A program made the position numbers and the translations under genes. Below are positions 32,901 to 47,664 of a stretch of DNA of 64,000 nt, piece by piece. The stretch comes from the human T2T-CHM13v2.0 reference genome, Homo sapiens. The stretch is taken from the NCBI RefSeq assembly GCF_009914755.1, contig NC_060940.1; one strand, given 5' to 3'. Below the pieces are notes generated by a model. That model did no database searches. It saw nothing but the letters and a program-made list of their open reading frames with translations, and was not told the origin of the DNA. How positions within the stretch are numbered: the stretch's first letter is position 1; each line of letters starts with the position of its first letter.

Positions 32901-33619
32901 CGCTTCTTCCTTTCTGTTTCCCTTTCAGTGTGGAAGAGTGGCCGCTTGCCCAGCAGGACGGTCCCAAATAGCATGGCTTTTCCAGGCACGGTGCTGTCGG
33001 CCGCACAGAACAGGACCCTCCCGGCAGCTCCGGCTTGCACAGCATCCGCCTGTCTGGCCCCTGTGGAAGTATCTGACTCCCAACGCCCAGACTGGAGCGG
33101 GGGCAAAGGACACAGCCCGACCCCAGAGGCACACAGAGCCAGCCCTCCACGGAAGAACGTGCCCAGGAACTGTGGGCTGGGCCTTCCTGCCTCCTCCCCT
33201 GCCGCGAAAGCGATGCCAGGGGCAGGTGAGGGTCGGACGCGCTCAGGCCCAGCCCTCGCCCCTTCAGGTCTGGGGGACACAGTGGAGTCCCAGCCTCAAG
33301 AAGTTTCCCCAACCTCTCAGAAACTTGAAGGGCAATGCCAGGTACCGAAAAACCGGCCCCCGCCCCTTATCCCCGGCCGACCCGTCCGCCGAGGTGGCTG
33401 CCCTGGGAACCTCCTGTTCCTCGTCCAGGAGAGGAAACGCACACCCGGGCCGGACGCACAGAAGCCGCACCCTGGCTGGGGCCACAAGCCTGACAGCTAC
33501 CGACAAGCCCCCACCCACAGGAGCACGCGACGTGCTCTCTTTTCAAGGGAAAGGTTTTTCTTCCTGGGCCCTGGAATGGGCCTGAAGTCAGCCGGCCTCA
33601 GCCCACAGGGTGAATGAGG

Positions 33620-35620
33620 GGTGGGCACAGCCCGGCCGCGGCCCCAGCACACACGGGCGGACGCAGGGGCGGGGGAGCGCCAGCCCCGCAGTGTGTTCGG
33701 AGCCCAGCGGCTCTGAGTCGCCGCCACCAGCCTGGCCGCCTTCTGCTCCACGTAAGTGAAGTCAGCCGTCTAGGGCTGCGTTTCCAGCCATCTGTCCCTC
33801 CACAGAGGCTCACACCTCCCTCCCCGCTGTTCCCACAGCCTGGCTCGGGGCCTGCCCAACACAGATGGACGCTTCCCAAAGGCTGTGCGCGCCATCGCTG
33901 CCACCCGGCTGTGCCGAGGCCCGCGGCCGTCAGGACCCCAGGGACCGCATGCCAGGCAGGGTCCAGGACCCCCAGCGCGGACCACCTTTAGCCTGCGGGG
34001 CAGCGCCGGGGACCCGGGCAGGAGGGAGAGGAGCAGGAGGGAGCTCTGGACCCCCCTCCCCAGACCGGCCGCCGCCACCTCTGCCTCTCCCAGGGCCGCC
34101 CTCGGCCTCCCCACTCCCGGGTCTCCGTCACGCGGGCCGCGGGGCCTTTGTTAGGAAAACCGGGCGGCCCCAGGGGAGCCCGCGAGACTCCCAGCGCCCG
34201 GGCGCGTCGTTCCCCTCGAAGTTTCGCCGCAGCCCCCGCAGGTCAGGCTCTGCTCACGGGGGGCTGCGCTCAGCCCGGATGGGTGGGCGCTGGGCGGGTT
34301 GGCTCCACCCTGCCGTGGGCACCAACTTTGAAAACGGCCCGTGCGCTCGGCGCGGCTGCGGCGCAGATCCGGGAACGGCAGCCGCGGGCGGAGTCGGGGT
34401 AGAGCGGCGGCGGCGCGCGGGGCGGACACGGCACTTACGGTCGGGGGGTCCGGGGGATCCGGCGGGCGGCGGACGGCGCACACTCGCGACTCGGTCCGGG
34501 AGTCGCTGCTCCTTCCAGCTTGGTCCCCGCCTCCACGACTCAGGGGCGGCTGCGCGCTGTCTTCTGGCGCCGCACCGGGCTCAGGCGCGCGGCGGGGCTG
34601 GGGCGCGCGGGGCGGCCGCCTGGGCCATGCCGGGGACTCGGCTCCGGCCACCCCGCGCGGGAACAAAGCGCGCACCCCGCCCGGGGCGGTCTCCGGCCTC
34701 CGCGGCCCGCGCCGGGTCCAGCCGCCGCGCCTGTGGCTCCAACGCCGCGCGCTCGCCCGAGAGTCTCACGGGGCCCCGCGGCCCCCGCCCCGCGCGCTCC
34801 GCCTCCGCCTCCTGCCCCCCGCCGCCGCCGCTGCGCCACCTGCCTCCCGCCCGGCGCCCATGGCGCTCAGCTCCGCCCCGGGGCGCCGGCCTGGAGAGGG
34901 GCTCCCCGCCGCCGAGAGCCGCCCCCAACGCCTCCGCCACCGGGGCGGCGCCCTAAGAACTGGCCGTGGGGGCCGGGGCTGTGCGGAGCGCCGGGAGCAG
35001 GGAGAGGGGAGAGGGGCGCGGGGAGGGGGCGACGGGCGCGCCGCCTCCTGCGGGGGGCGGCGCGGGGAGGCGCAGGCGGGGGCGAGCGAAGAGGTTGAGG
35101 GGTGCGGGCGCCGTGGAGGGGGCGCGGCTCTGGGGGGCGGCCCCCGCCTGCGCCCACCCTCTCCCCCTCCGCAGGCCGCGCACACCCACCTCGCAGCAGT
35201 CGGCGGCCGCGGGCCTCGCAGCTTTAGAACCGCGGCTTCTGGCGGCCGCGCGGGAGGCTGAACGGGAGTTGGGGGGTGTGGGGGGGGTGGGGAGGTGGGG
35301 AGTTGGGGGGGAGGTCGCTCCTTCGGCCGCCGCCCCCGCCCCCTGCCCCGCGCTCGCCCCCAGCGCGGCGCCTGGCCCGGCCCGGGGCCACCTCCGTGCG
35401 TGGCCGGCAGGGGTCGCGCTCCCCCCGCTCAGCCTCCCGGGCGGGTCCGATGCGAAGCCCTCGCTTCCCGCGGGTCCCGGGGCCAGGTCATTTGCATACA
35501 CTTTGCATTCATTTGCATATTGTGCGTTTCATGTCCACCTGCAGAAACGCCCCGAGCCGCTGCTCTGCCCTCTCCGCACTTTCTCTGCCGGCAGGCCCCC
35601 TCCCCCGCCCGCTTTGCCTT
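33620..35620. promoter_or_regulatory. CpG island / probable promoter
   Basis: Very high GC and undepleted CpG, GC boxes (ggggcgg), repeat-free over ~2 kb. Confidence 0.9.
34439..34950 (-). other. Probable non-coding first exon of an unidentified minus-strand gene (5' end uncertain)
   Basis: Minus-strand donor GACC|GTAAGTG at 34439/34438 inside the island; minus-strand ATGs upstream of it open only short ORFs. Confidence 0.55.
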
Positions 35621-36195
35621 TCCCTAAAGTACTTTGTGGCGTGTCTGGCGCATTTGCCTGCTTAGTACATTTTAGTAAAATTGGCGCCTTTTCCCTGTTT
35701 CCTGCCCCAACGCACACGTGCTCTTACTTTAGACACAAGCGGCTGGGGGGCCCAGGGGTCACCATTAGGAGACACAAGAGGCCAGACCTTCAGAGCAGCA
35801 GGGCCTTGGTTTGCCTCTCATTTCGCATAAATTTTGCATGTGAAGGTCCGAGGTCCCCAATCCCCAATATAAAAATATGGCAACGTGCGAAACATGGCCC
35901 ATTCCAGCTTTGTGCCGCGGGCCTTTTCCCCCCACCCCTCGTCCCTCTCATGGACTTGGCTCTACCCACCTGAGCTGGCAGAGGAAGGGGACGGAAACCC
36001 AGAACGGGGGCTCCGTGAGGGGGAGGACAGCACCATGTCCTCCTGCAGCCCCTGGGCAGCGGTCTGGTCAGCTGGGTCACTAACCGCAGTGTGGCCCAGC
36101 CAGTTCCTCCAGCTCCTGGCTGTGGGAAGTGCTGTCTGAAGCCAGCCAGACTCCGTGAAAATTGTGACACAAACGCCAAGCACCTTCATTCTCCT

Positions 36196-36327
36196 GGTTT
36201 TCAGACTGTGCGTAACATGGTGCTTGCCCATGTGGCTCAGCCCAGTCCTTGTGGAATGGAGGTTTTCAGACTGTGCGTAACATGGTGCTTGCCCATGTGG
36301 CTCAGCCCAGTCCTTGTGGAATGGAGG
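36196..36327. repeat. Perfect 65-bp tandem duplication (2 copies)
   Basis: 'ggttttcagactgtgcgtaacatgg...gtggaatgga' at 36196 and 36261. Confidence 0.95.
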
Positions 36328-37474
36328 GGGAGTTCTGAGCCCACCCCACAGTACAGTGCGAGTCCCCATGCGGTGGGTGTGTTGCCTAAGGTTACCGATT
36401 TTATGCTCGAAATTTATCCATCCTGGCTCCCTGGCTTCATGGACTCTGAGGCACAGTGGATTTTAAGATGCACCATTATTTTGTGTGCCACTAAGAAAGG
36501 AAAACATTCTGCCGGTGATAATCCTAAAACGCCCCCAGGTTTCAGAGATTTTACAAAGCAACATAAACGTGGGAGTGGGGGCAGGTGGGAGAATTCAGCA
36601 GCGAACCACCCTGAAGTCAGTCGGGTTGTGAGCTAAACAATGCCTGCGGCAGCTGTGGCTGCCCACAGGGCCTGGGAGCAGAAGCTGGCCTGGACCTGGG
36701 CCGGAAGCCCTCACCCAGCACCAGCGGCACGTCCGTGGTCTCGGTTCTCTGGACCGCAGGCTTCGGGTGTTAAGTGACCAGTTGCAACATCTCTGACTTA
36801 CACAGGGTGCTCACAACCATTTGAGGAGTGACAGACCTGAAGGCACTGAAGATACCACTGCAGCCATCAGACACCACAACCCAGGCGCTGCACCTGCCCC
36901 ACCGCAGCCCCTCCTCCCTACTCAGGAGAGCTGTGGTGGCGTGGTAGAGAAGAAAGGGATATCGCAGGCAGGAGGGCTTCCTTTAGTGCTGTGAGTGGGT
37001 CAGCCTGACGCCTAGCCCAGCGGTCACAGGGTGGTCAGATGGTCCTGGCAGTAGCTGGCACAGAGCTGGGCACCGTCTCTGCATTTCCCCCCGTGCTGTG
37101 CGGATGCTCCCGGAACGCCCATTTTACAGGTGGAGAGGCTGAGCCTCTCAGCCACACCGACTTCCTGCTGCCTTATCCAAGAACTGGTTTCTTGCCCTGG
37201 ATGCGGCCAAGTCACAGCTCCTGGGCATTTCGAGGGGACATTTAAGGAGGAGACTACCAGCCCTATGTGAAAGATGTCTGCAGTCTGTCCGACAAGGCCA
37301 GCGTCACCTGTGCGGGAGACAGACCACGGGCGAGCAGGACCTCGGAGGGCCACACTCAGGGCTCGGGAGGGGGCAGAGCCGTGGAGGAGGGAGCTCGAGG
37401 GTGTGCCCATGGAGCTCCCAGTGTGTCGCTGTCTGTAGAGGCAGGAGCTCAATTCACTTAAAAGAAACCACCAC

Positions 37475-37836
<362 letters not shown>

Positions 37837-39395
37837 TCAGCATCTGGTGCCCCGATCACACACCCATGGAAGCCCTGGGAGACCGTGCCTGGCTCTAGGG
37901 CCCGCGGCGCACAGCGGGGCAGCCCCAGCTTTGCTGACCTGTGCTGGGTGTGCCTCTGAGGCCCCACCCTGCTGCCCTCAGGAAAACAACTGCAGCCTTC
38001 TGTCCTGCCAACTGCACTTCTGGCCATCCTGATCCCCCTCCCCAAAGGGCAGCACCCACATCTGATTTCCCTCTCAACCACCCAACAGTGCCCAGCTCAA
38101 GGTTTGGATAAAGACGCAGTTTATAAACACTTGCCACAGGCGTCCCTGCACTGTCACCTCCCCGCAGTCATGGCCCCTTCTTCTGATACCAGGTAAGACT
38201 CGCTGTCTGTGGGGCCCTGGCCAAAGGGCAGGCGCTAGGCCCTCTCATGTGCCCTCCGTGACCCTAGGAGGTAGGTCTTGCCACCAGCCTTGTTTGCCAG
38301 AGGAGAACACCGGGACCCAGAAAGCTTGAGTAATCTCAGAACACAGGCTGGTCTTTGGCAGAGCTGGAGTCCTGCCAGGCCAGCGTGGTCCAGCGGGAGG
38401 CCAGGCCATCACTGTTGCTGACCTTCAGAAAATAGTTCTGAGCACTATAGACTCTCAAACATTTTCTGTTATAACTAAAACTCTGCAACAAAAGTTTAGA
38501 TAGCTGCCAAGAATAGAAAGTCTGATACACTATAGGTATAGATATTTAAAAATAAGCGGGTGGCTAATGGATTCTAGATACCATAGCAATTTGATAGCCA
38601 CTGTCGTTCATTAAAAATATCTGAATAAACTCGTCTTAAACACCTGCATTTTCACTCAGCTCCCTACCTAGAACAGTGAGTTTTTAAATATAACACCAAA
38701 AGCATGATGCATACAATAAAAATTTGGCAGGTTGGATTTCATTAAAATTTCATACTTCGGCTCTGCAAAAGACACTATGAAGAGAATGAAAAGACAGGCC
38801 ATAGACTGGGAGAAAATATTTGGGAAACACATATCTGATGAACAACTGTTATCTAAAATATACAAAGAACTCTTAAAACCAAACCATAAGAAAACAAACA
38901 GCCCCATTAAAAATGAGCAAAAGATCTGAATAGACACCTCATCAGAGAAGAGATCTAGAAGATGATCTGGCAAATAAGCACAGGAAACGATGCCCAGCAG
39001 CCTTGCCACTAGAGAGTGGGTCAGCACAGCCACGAGAGGCCACGACACGCCTGTTAGAATAACTAAAACTCAACACACGGACAACCCCAGATGCCGGTGA
39101 GGATGTGAGGCAACAGGAGCTGTCATTCATTGCCGACGGGAATGCAAAATGGTACAGCCCTTTGGAAGACAGTTTGACTGTTTCTTATGAAACTACACAC
39201 TTTTACCACGCCACCCAGCATTCACGTTTCTTGGTATTTACCCAAATGAGTTAAAAACTAATGTCCACACAAAACCCTGCACATTAATGTTGATAGAAGT
39301 TTCATTCGTTTTTACCAAAACTTAGAAGCGACTGAGACCGCCTTCAACAGGTGAATACATAAAATACTGTGGCATATGTAGACGATAGAGTGTTA

Positions 39396-39779
<384 letters not shown>

Positions 39780-39886
39780 CTATATACTGTCTGATTCCAA
39801 CTCAATAGCATTCAGGAAAATGTAAAATGATGGAAGTAGTAAAAAGGTCAGTGGTTTTCAGGGGGTTATAGAATAGGGAAGGTTGA

Positions 39887-40199
<313 letters not shown>

Positions 40200-40202
40200 G
40201 AG

Positions 40203-40383
40203 TTTTTTTGTTTGTTTATTTTTAGACAGGGTCTCACTCTGTCTCCCAGGCTGGAGTGCAGTAGCGTGATCACAGCTCACTGCATCCTTTGACCTCCCAG
40301 GCTCAAGCGATCCTCCCATCTCAGCCCCAGCTAATTGTATTTATTTTTTGTAGAGACAGGGTTTTGCTGTGTTGCCCAGACTG
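40203..40383 (-). mobile_element. Partial AluJ
   Basis: 'gacagggtctcactctgt...gctcaagcgatcctccc'. Confidence 0.85.
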
Positions 40384-41050
40384 CACAGAGGATTTTTAGG
40401 GCAGTGACACTATTCTGTATGACAGTCTAATGGTAGACGCAAGTCATATGCTTGTCTAGACACATAGAATGTAACACCAAGAGAGAAGCCCAATGTAAAC
40501 TATGGATTTCAGTTAATGAAAAGGTGTCAGTATTGGTTCATCGGTTGTAACGAATGTATCACACCAGTGCCAGGTGCAATGTAGGGACCCCCCACTAGGG
40601 AACAAGTCGGAAAGAGTAATGAGAACTCGGCGCTTTCCGCCCAGTTGTCCTGTAAACCCAGAACCACGCTAAAGAATAAAATCTATTAACTTAAAAAATT
40701 CAGCAGACAAAAATGAGGATATCAATGACATTTTATTTGCCGTTTAAAAGACAGATACAAACAGACTCTTCTGCAGCGCCTGAATCTCTACATGGCCCTT
40801 CTCTCCCTTAATGCCTCCTTCCATTCTACCCAGCCGATTTTTATCCTAATATGTTTTCATGTTTGAAAGTCTTTTGATTCCCCTATCGTACAAAACTAGG
40901 TACATAGTTGGAATGTCAAGATTTAAACATTTTCCTATGTTAAAATTTATTTCCTGGGCTGGATTATCGTTATAATTATTGGTAGTATACAACCGATACA
41001 AACAATGTGAATGTATTACACATTTTGAGAACTAATAAGGATACAAAGTA

Positions 41051-41347
41051 GGCTGGGCTTGGTGGCTCACACCTGTAATCCCAATGCTTTGGGAGGCCAA
41101 GGAAGTAGTATCGCTTGAGCCCAGGAGTTCAAGACCAGCCTGGGCAACATAGCAAGACCTCATCTCTACAAATAATAAAAAAGTTAGCCGGGTGTGGTGG
41201 TGCGTGCCTGTAGTCCCAGCTACTCAGGGGGCTGAGGCAGTGGGATTGCTTGAGCCCAAGAGGTTAAGGCTGCAGGGAGCTATGATCACGCTACTGCACT
41301 CTAGCCTGGGTGATGGAACGAGACCCTGTCTCAAAAATAAAAATAAA
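41051..41347 (+). mobile_element. AluJ
   Basis: AluJ diagnostics; TSD gatacaaagta on both sides. Confidence 0.92.
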
Positions 41348-42451
41348 GATACAAAGTAAATTTTTGTTGGAAGACATCTCGTAAAAGGAGGGAGGGGCAC
41401 TTTTTGGTAGTAGTTTGTGTATTCATGCATGAATAATACTGCCAGAAAAAGACAGGATTTGACATTAATTCCATTCCCGTGGTGGGTGTTTAATGTGAAA
41501 GCCAGAGAATCTTCAGTCCCATAAATAACTCGATCAGAACGGGAGCTGTGTCCTAACCATCTCACTGTGACCTCCTTCTGAGAGTCAGATGCCGCAAGCC
41601 ACGTGGTGATTGGTCATCAAAGTCATTTTTAATAACTATCAGCTGACAAATCGGTTCTGTCCCCCCTCAATTCTGTTTCATGCAAAGACAAGAAATCAGC
41701 AGGTTGCAGCAGAGACACATTCGTGGCGAGTGGGGAGCTGGGGGCAAGGCACCAGGCTGGCCCCAGGCAGAGAGACGTTGGTCTTTCTTGGGGAACTGGG
41801 AGAGGGTGACTGTGCAGGGGTAGCTGGGAAAAGGACCCACACTGGCCCAAGCAGGTTCTGCCTTGGCCGTCAGCCTGGGCCGTCTGGTGTGGGCACCAGA
41901 TGACGCGGCTTCAAGTTGCCCACAAGGTCAAGGAGACCCTCCCGGAGGCAGGGAGGAACCCTAAAGCAGAGGGAGTCCGGGCTCCGGACAGGAGGCTTCC
42001 CTGCCTCAGGAGTGTCTCTTGGCTTTCTCCCCTGACTCACATCGGCATCGCTGCTTTTGCAGAATGAGGTTCCTAATTGTGAAGTGGCTTCATTCACGTA
42101 TTCATTTCTTTCTTCCTTCACTCTCCATATCCAATAGAAAGCAAGTTACTGAAGCTTGCCAAACCTCAGTTTTTCCTGTAAAACGGGGCTAAGAGCTGGC
42201 TGGCCTACACATTTGCAATGTGGCTCAAAGACAAGTTCAGAGTTCTCTCTTGTCTTTGTTGAAGTTCACACGAGAACCAGGCCAAGCACAAACAGTTGGA
42301 AATCGGAAGTGTCCCGTAGGAAAAGCAGCCGGTGCTCGTGTGTAAAAGGGAATGTGGATGGGATTGAGGTGGCATTTAAAATCCCTGGAGAAGCACAAAC
42401 TCCCCAGTAGATGGTGTCAGGACAACTGCCCCATGTGGGGAAAATGAATTA

Positions 42452-43003
<552 letters not shown>

Positions 43004-43147
43004 AAGATGGGCTGGGAGTGGGTGTGGGGACAAACGACAGTGGCCCCAGCACACAAACATTGCTACAGAGAAGAACAATACAAGCACTCAAAATAACGCT
43101 CAACAAACTTCATGAGTAGGCAAATCCCACAAGAAGAAAACAAAAGG

Positions 43148-43441
43148 GACCAGACACAGTAGCTCACGCCTGTAATCCCAGCACTTTGGGAGGCCGAGGC
43201 AGGCAGACCACTTAGGGTCAGGAGTTCAAGACCAGCCTGGCCGACATGGCGAAACCCCGTCTCTACTAAAACACAAAAATTAGCTGGGCGTGGTGGTGGG
43301 TGCCTGTAATCCCAGCTATTGGGGAGGCTGAGGCAGGAGAATCACTTGAACCCGGGAGGCAGAGTTGCAATGAGCCAAAATGGTGCCACTGCACTCCAGC
43401 GTGGGTGACAGAGATTCTGTCTGAAAAAAAAGAAAAGAAAA
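43148..43441 (+). mobile_element. AluS
   Basis: Full-length; imperfect TSD aagaaaac..agg. Confidence 0.9.
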
Positions 43442-43608
43442 CGAAGGAACGAAAACCCCCGCCACTCTCGAAGTCACACGGCTTCCCTGCTTCTCTTCCT
43501 CATGACTGGCCCCCTCTCCTCCTCTCCCGTCTCTCTTCACCTCTCTTTATCTGGATCTGTCTCTGCTTGTTCTGCGTTTCCCTGTTCTCCAGGGCAGGAA
43601 CCACATCG

Positions 43609-44750
43609 GTCTGTTCACCCCTCCCCTGGACCGGCACCGCCACAGAGGGTCAGAGTGTTGGCACCTGTCTTCCAGGTCTGTTCACCCGTCCCCTGGACCG
43701 GCACCGCCACAGAGGGTCAGAGTGTTGGCACCTGTCTTCCGGGTCAGTTCACCCGTCCCCTGGACCGGCACCGCCACAGAGGGTCAGAGTGTTGGCACCT
43801 GTCTTCCGGGTCAGTTCACCCGTCCCCTGGACCGGCACCGGCACAGAGGGTCAGAGTGTTGGCACCTGTCTTCCGGATCTGTTCACCCCTCCCCCGGACC
43901 GGCACCGCCACAGAGGGTCAGGAGTGTTGGCACCTGTCTTCCGGGTCAGTTCACCCGTCCCCTGGACCGGCACCGCCACAGAGGGTCAGGAGTGTTGGCA
44001 CCTGTCTTCCGGATCTGTTCACCCGTCCCCTGGACCGGCACCGCCACAGAGGGTCAGAGTGTTGGCACCTGTCTTCCGGATCTGTTCACCCGTCCCCTGG
44101 ACCGGCACCGCCACAGAGGGTCAGAGTGTTGGCACCTGTCTTCCGGATCTGTTCACCCGTCCCCTGGACCGGCACCGCCACAGAGGGTCAGAGTGTTGGC
44201 ACCTGTCTTCCGGATCTGTTCACCCGTCCCCTGGACCGGCACCGCCACAGAGGGTCAGAGTGTTGGCACCTGTCTTCCGGATCTGTTCACCCCTCCCCTG
44301 GATCGGCACCGGCACAGAGGGTCAGAGTGTTGGCACCTGTCTTCTGGATCTGTTCACCCGTCCCCTGGACCGGCACCGCCACAGAGGGTCAGAGTGTTGG
44401 CACCTGTCTTCCGGATCTGTTCACCCCTCGCCTGGACCGGCACCGGCACAGAGGGTCAGAGTGTTGGCACCTGTCTTCCGGATCTGTTCACCCCTCCCCT
44501 GGACCGGCACCGCCACAGAGGGTCAGAGTGTTGGCACCTGTCTTCCGGATCTGTTCACCCCTCCCCTGGATCGGCACCGGCACAGAGGGTCAGAGTGTTG
44601 GCACCTGTCTTCCGGATCTGTTCACCCGTCCCCTGGACCGGCACCGGCACAGAGGGTCAGAGTGTTGGCACCTGTCTTCCGGGTCTGTTCACCCGTCCCC
44701 TGGACTGGCACCAGCACAGAGGGTCGAGTGTTGGCACCTGTCTTCTGGGT
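43609..44750. repeat. 67-bp VNTR, ~17 copies
   Basis: Unit ctgttcacccgtcccctggaccggcaccgccacagagggtcagagtgttggcacctgtcttccggat. Confidence 0.97.
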
Positions 44751-44989
44751 CTCCATCCCTCCCTTTGTTTGTTGAGTGACTGCATGTTCTCATTTCCTTA
44801 TCATACAATTCTTTGAGAGGTATCATTAGCTGCGTCTTATTTTATTTTCACCTTCTTTTCTGTTACCTGTATGTTTGAATTTTCCTATAAGTATTTTTGT
44901 TTCATCTTTGCTTTTTTAAATTAAAAAATCAGTTTTAAAATTGCACCTGCAGTACAAAATCAGGGTGGCGACCGGGTTGCTGCCATTCC

Positions 44990-45418
44990 CTCCCCTCGGG
45001 TCTGTGGCTTCTCAGCTCCAGCTCGGGTCACAGACCTGCTGCCACGGCCCCAGGGTGGGCACAGGGCTAGCAGGACAGTCATGCAGGCAGCCGCGGCCCC
45101 AGCGATTGGTCCAGGAGGAGGGCAGGTGACCACACGCGGCCAATCACAATCCTTCCCTGGGAGTTTTTGAACTGGAACAAGAGAGGAAGGACCTCTTCTT
45201 TGATCTGCGTGGGAGGCAAGCCCAGAGTGGCCTGGACAGCCGCTGGGAAGAGAAGGTGGGCAGAGCGGCGGAGGGTGTGCTAATGGTTGGGTCTGTGGGG
45301 CCTGAAACCGGTGCCCCTGCCCATCCTATAGTTTGGTGCTTGAGCCAGCACAGTCCCAGGTGTCCCTGACGCCTCCGAGCTGGGTTTCTGTCACTCGCAG
45401 CTGCAGCATTCTGGCACA
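44990..45418 (+). mobile_element. MaLR LTR relic (MLT1)
   Basis: 'gattggtccagg...gtgacc...ggccaatcacaatccttccctggga' and 'gagctgggtttctgtcactcgcagc'. Confidence 0.55.
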
Positions 45419-45699
45419 GACCCTTGGCCCAGGACCCCTGTGCAGAGGTGGGTTTGGGTCTCCCCGGCCCCAGCAGCCCCAGGAGCCTGTGAGATCTAAG
45501 CCGGAAGCTGCTCTGGGCACCTGAGTGCTGACAGCCCGAGTGATGGGAACAGGCTCGCTACTATGCAGAGACAGAGAGACTAATTTTTATCAGCCAGATA
45601 CCTGGCCAGGCCCCAGGGTGGACAATCTCCAAACCGCATGCATCCCGGCACTGACAAAGCCGTCTATCATTGCTGGAGCCAGGACACCCGGGGAGGCTG

Positions 45700-45945
45700 T
45701 GCCAGGCCACGGGGTGAGGGAGCTGCCTCCCTCCAGTCCTTCTCCCGTGGGGCACTGAGACGGCTTTCAGCAAGACAAATGCCCAGGCCACAGGGTGAGG
45801 GAGCTGCCGCCCTCCAATCCTTCTCCCGCGGGGCACCAAAATGGCTTTCAGCAGGACAAATGCCCAGGCCATGGGGTGAGGGAGTTGCCGCCCTCCAGTC
45901 CTTCTCCCACGGGGCACCGAGACGGCTTTCAGCAAGACAAATGCG
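45700..45945. repeat. 81-bp tandem repeat, 3 diverged copies
   Basis: Units begin near 45701, 45782, 45863. Confidence 0.88.
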
Positions 45946-46303
45946 GCCCTGCCACTCCCTGACCGAGATAAAGTCTCAGCTCCTGAGCCTGGGGTGCCTG
46001 CTGCTCGCCCCCATCGCCTCTCTGAGCTCCAGCCTCACAGGCACACACCGCTCCCCTGCCCAGAACATTCTGCCCACAAACTCCTCTTAGCCTCAGGTCC
46101 CTGCTGAGTGGCCATTCCTGCTGGGAGGCAGGAATTCCCTGATCTACCCTTCCTGAGTCTGGGAGAGACGCCTCCCGTACCCCCATGACAGCCCATCACA
46201 ATTGTTCACGGATCTCTGTGTTCTCCCTCAACAAATACTTGGCGGACCCCCTGGAGCCACAGCTCAAGGCTTCCTTCCCCCCCACCCCCGCACCCTGGGG
46301 ACA

Positions 46304-46389
46304 GCATGTCCAGGACCCCCACGCAGGGCCTGTGTCGAGACGGCATGTCCAGGACCCCCACGCAGGGCCTGTGTCGAGACGGCATGTCC
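46304..46389. repeat. 39-bp perfect tandem duplication (2.2 copies)
   Basis: 'gcatgtcc' at 46304, 46343, 46382. Confidence 0.9.
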
Positions 46390-47664
46390 CGCCATCGGGT
46401 TTGCTGCTGAATGAGCAGATGATCTAATGAGTGACCGTCCTCACCCACGAGAAAAAACACAACCTGGTCTCCGTCTGCCGGTTAGATCGGCCCCCAGTCC
46501 TGCTGGCCCCAGCGATGACAGAGGAGGAGGAATGAGGAGTGCCGTGCCTGGGCTGGGCCATCGCCTCTCTCCCTCGGCTGGGTTTGTCATGCTCAGCCAG
46601 ACCCGCTCCCGGTGGAGAGGCCGAGGGACCCTCATTTCTACGTTTGCATCCCTTTCTTCCAGGGCCTGCGGGGCTGACAGGCACACAGCCAGTGGTGAAG
46701 GTTCACGGAAGAACGAAGGAAGGAGTGAGCGTGGGGAGAGCCAGCCAGGCTCCCCATGTCCACCCAGATGGTGAGCTGGCCCTGCCCTGGAGACACTGTG
46801 TCCAGAGGCCAGCATAGCCCTCAAAACGGTTCCCACAGCTCCCAGCGGAGCCCTCAAAATGGTCCCCACAGCTGCCGCCCACTCTTGGGACCCTGAGTGT
46901 GGGGAGGCTGGGGTTGAGCAGTGGGGATCAGGATCTGGCAGGATCGGAATGTAGAGGCCTGGGGGCTCCCGGCTGGGGACAGTGCCAGCAGGAGTGGCCG
47001 GGACGATGACGAGGTGAGGTGTCTGCTCCCAGGCTGTGTGTGGCTTGGATGCCAAAGCGCCTTTTGCTGTATTCGGCACCCTGAGACCCTTATGTCTGCC
47101 TATTGAAGGCACAGTTTACTCCCGGGAAAATAAACATTTGGGTTTATTTCGCTGTGACTGCACCCCCTGAATCTTAATCATATGTGTCTCTGGGTTTCCC
47201 TTAAGGGGGATGGCTCCCCTTAAGATGACTTTGGGGCTGCCATGGGCCTTGTCACCTGCATTGGGCTGGTGAGGACAGGGACAGAGATGCCCACAGAGCA
47301 GGTGGGCTGTGCTCCTGCCCTGGGCAAATGAGGGCAGGCGGCCTCTAACAGCTGACACCATGTCAGGACAGTGGCTACCTAGCAGGAAGCTCTTTCATCT
47401 AGAGTCCTGGTCCTTCATGCCTGGGTGTGGTCATGGCCCCTCTACAGCTGCCAGTCAGAGAACTGCCCAGGAGCTCCCACTCCTCCTCTGAAGACCCCAA
47501 ATCTCACCACTGACCAAGATAGCCCTCTGACCACAGTGGGCTCCCCCAGCCACCACGATGGTACCCCAACTGCTATGAAAGGTCCCCTGACCACAACAGG
47601 CACCCTGACCACCATGATAGGCCGGCCACCCATCTACTCTGACAGCCCCCTTCCCCTACAGCCC

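Noticed and set aside
34439-34950. Naming the host gene
   Set aside because: No coding exon in the window and the UTR is not recognisable with confidence; BLAT of 34300-35000 would settle it.
33865-35973. Overlapping 300+ aa Arg/Gly/Pro/Ala ORFs
   Set aside because: Expected stop-codon scarcity in a CpG island; no recognisable domain and mostly non-ATG starts.
38732-38929. L1 ORF2-like peptide as an active gene
   Set aside because: Short fragment of an old, Alu-interrupted, 5'-truncated L1.
43300-44816. 364-491 aa ORFs
   Set aside because: Alu plus 67-bp VNTR; the same peptides cycle through all three frames.
47200-47224. 9-bp inverted repeat CTTAAGGGG...CCCCTTAAG
   Set aside because: Too short to be significant without other support.
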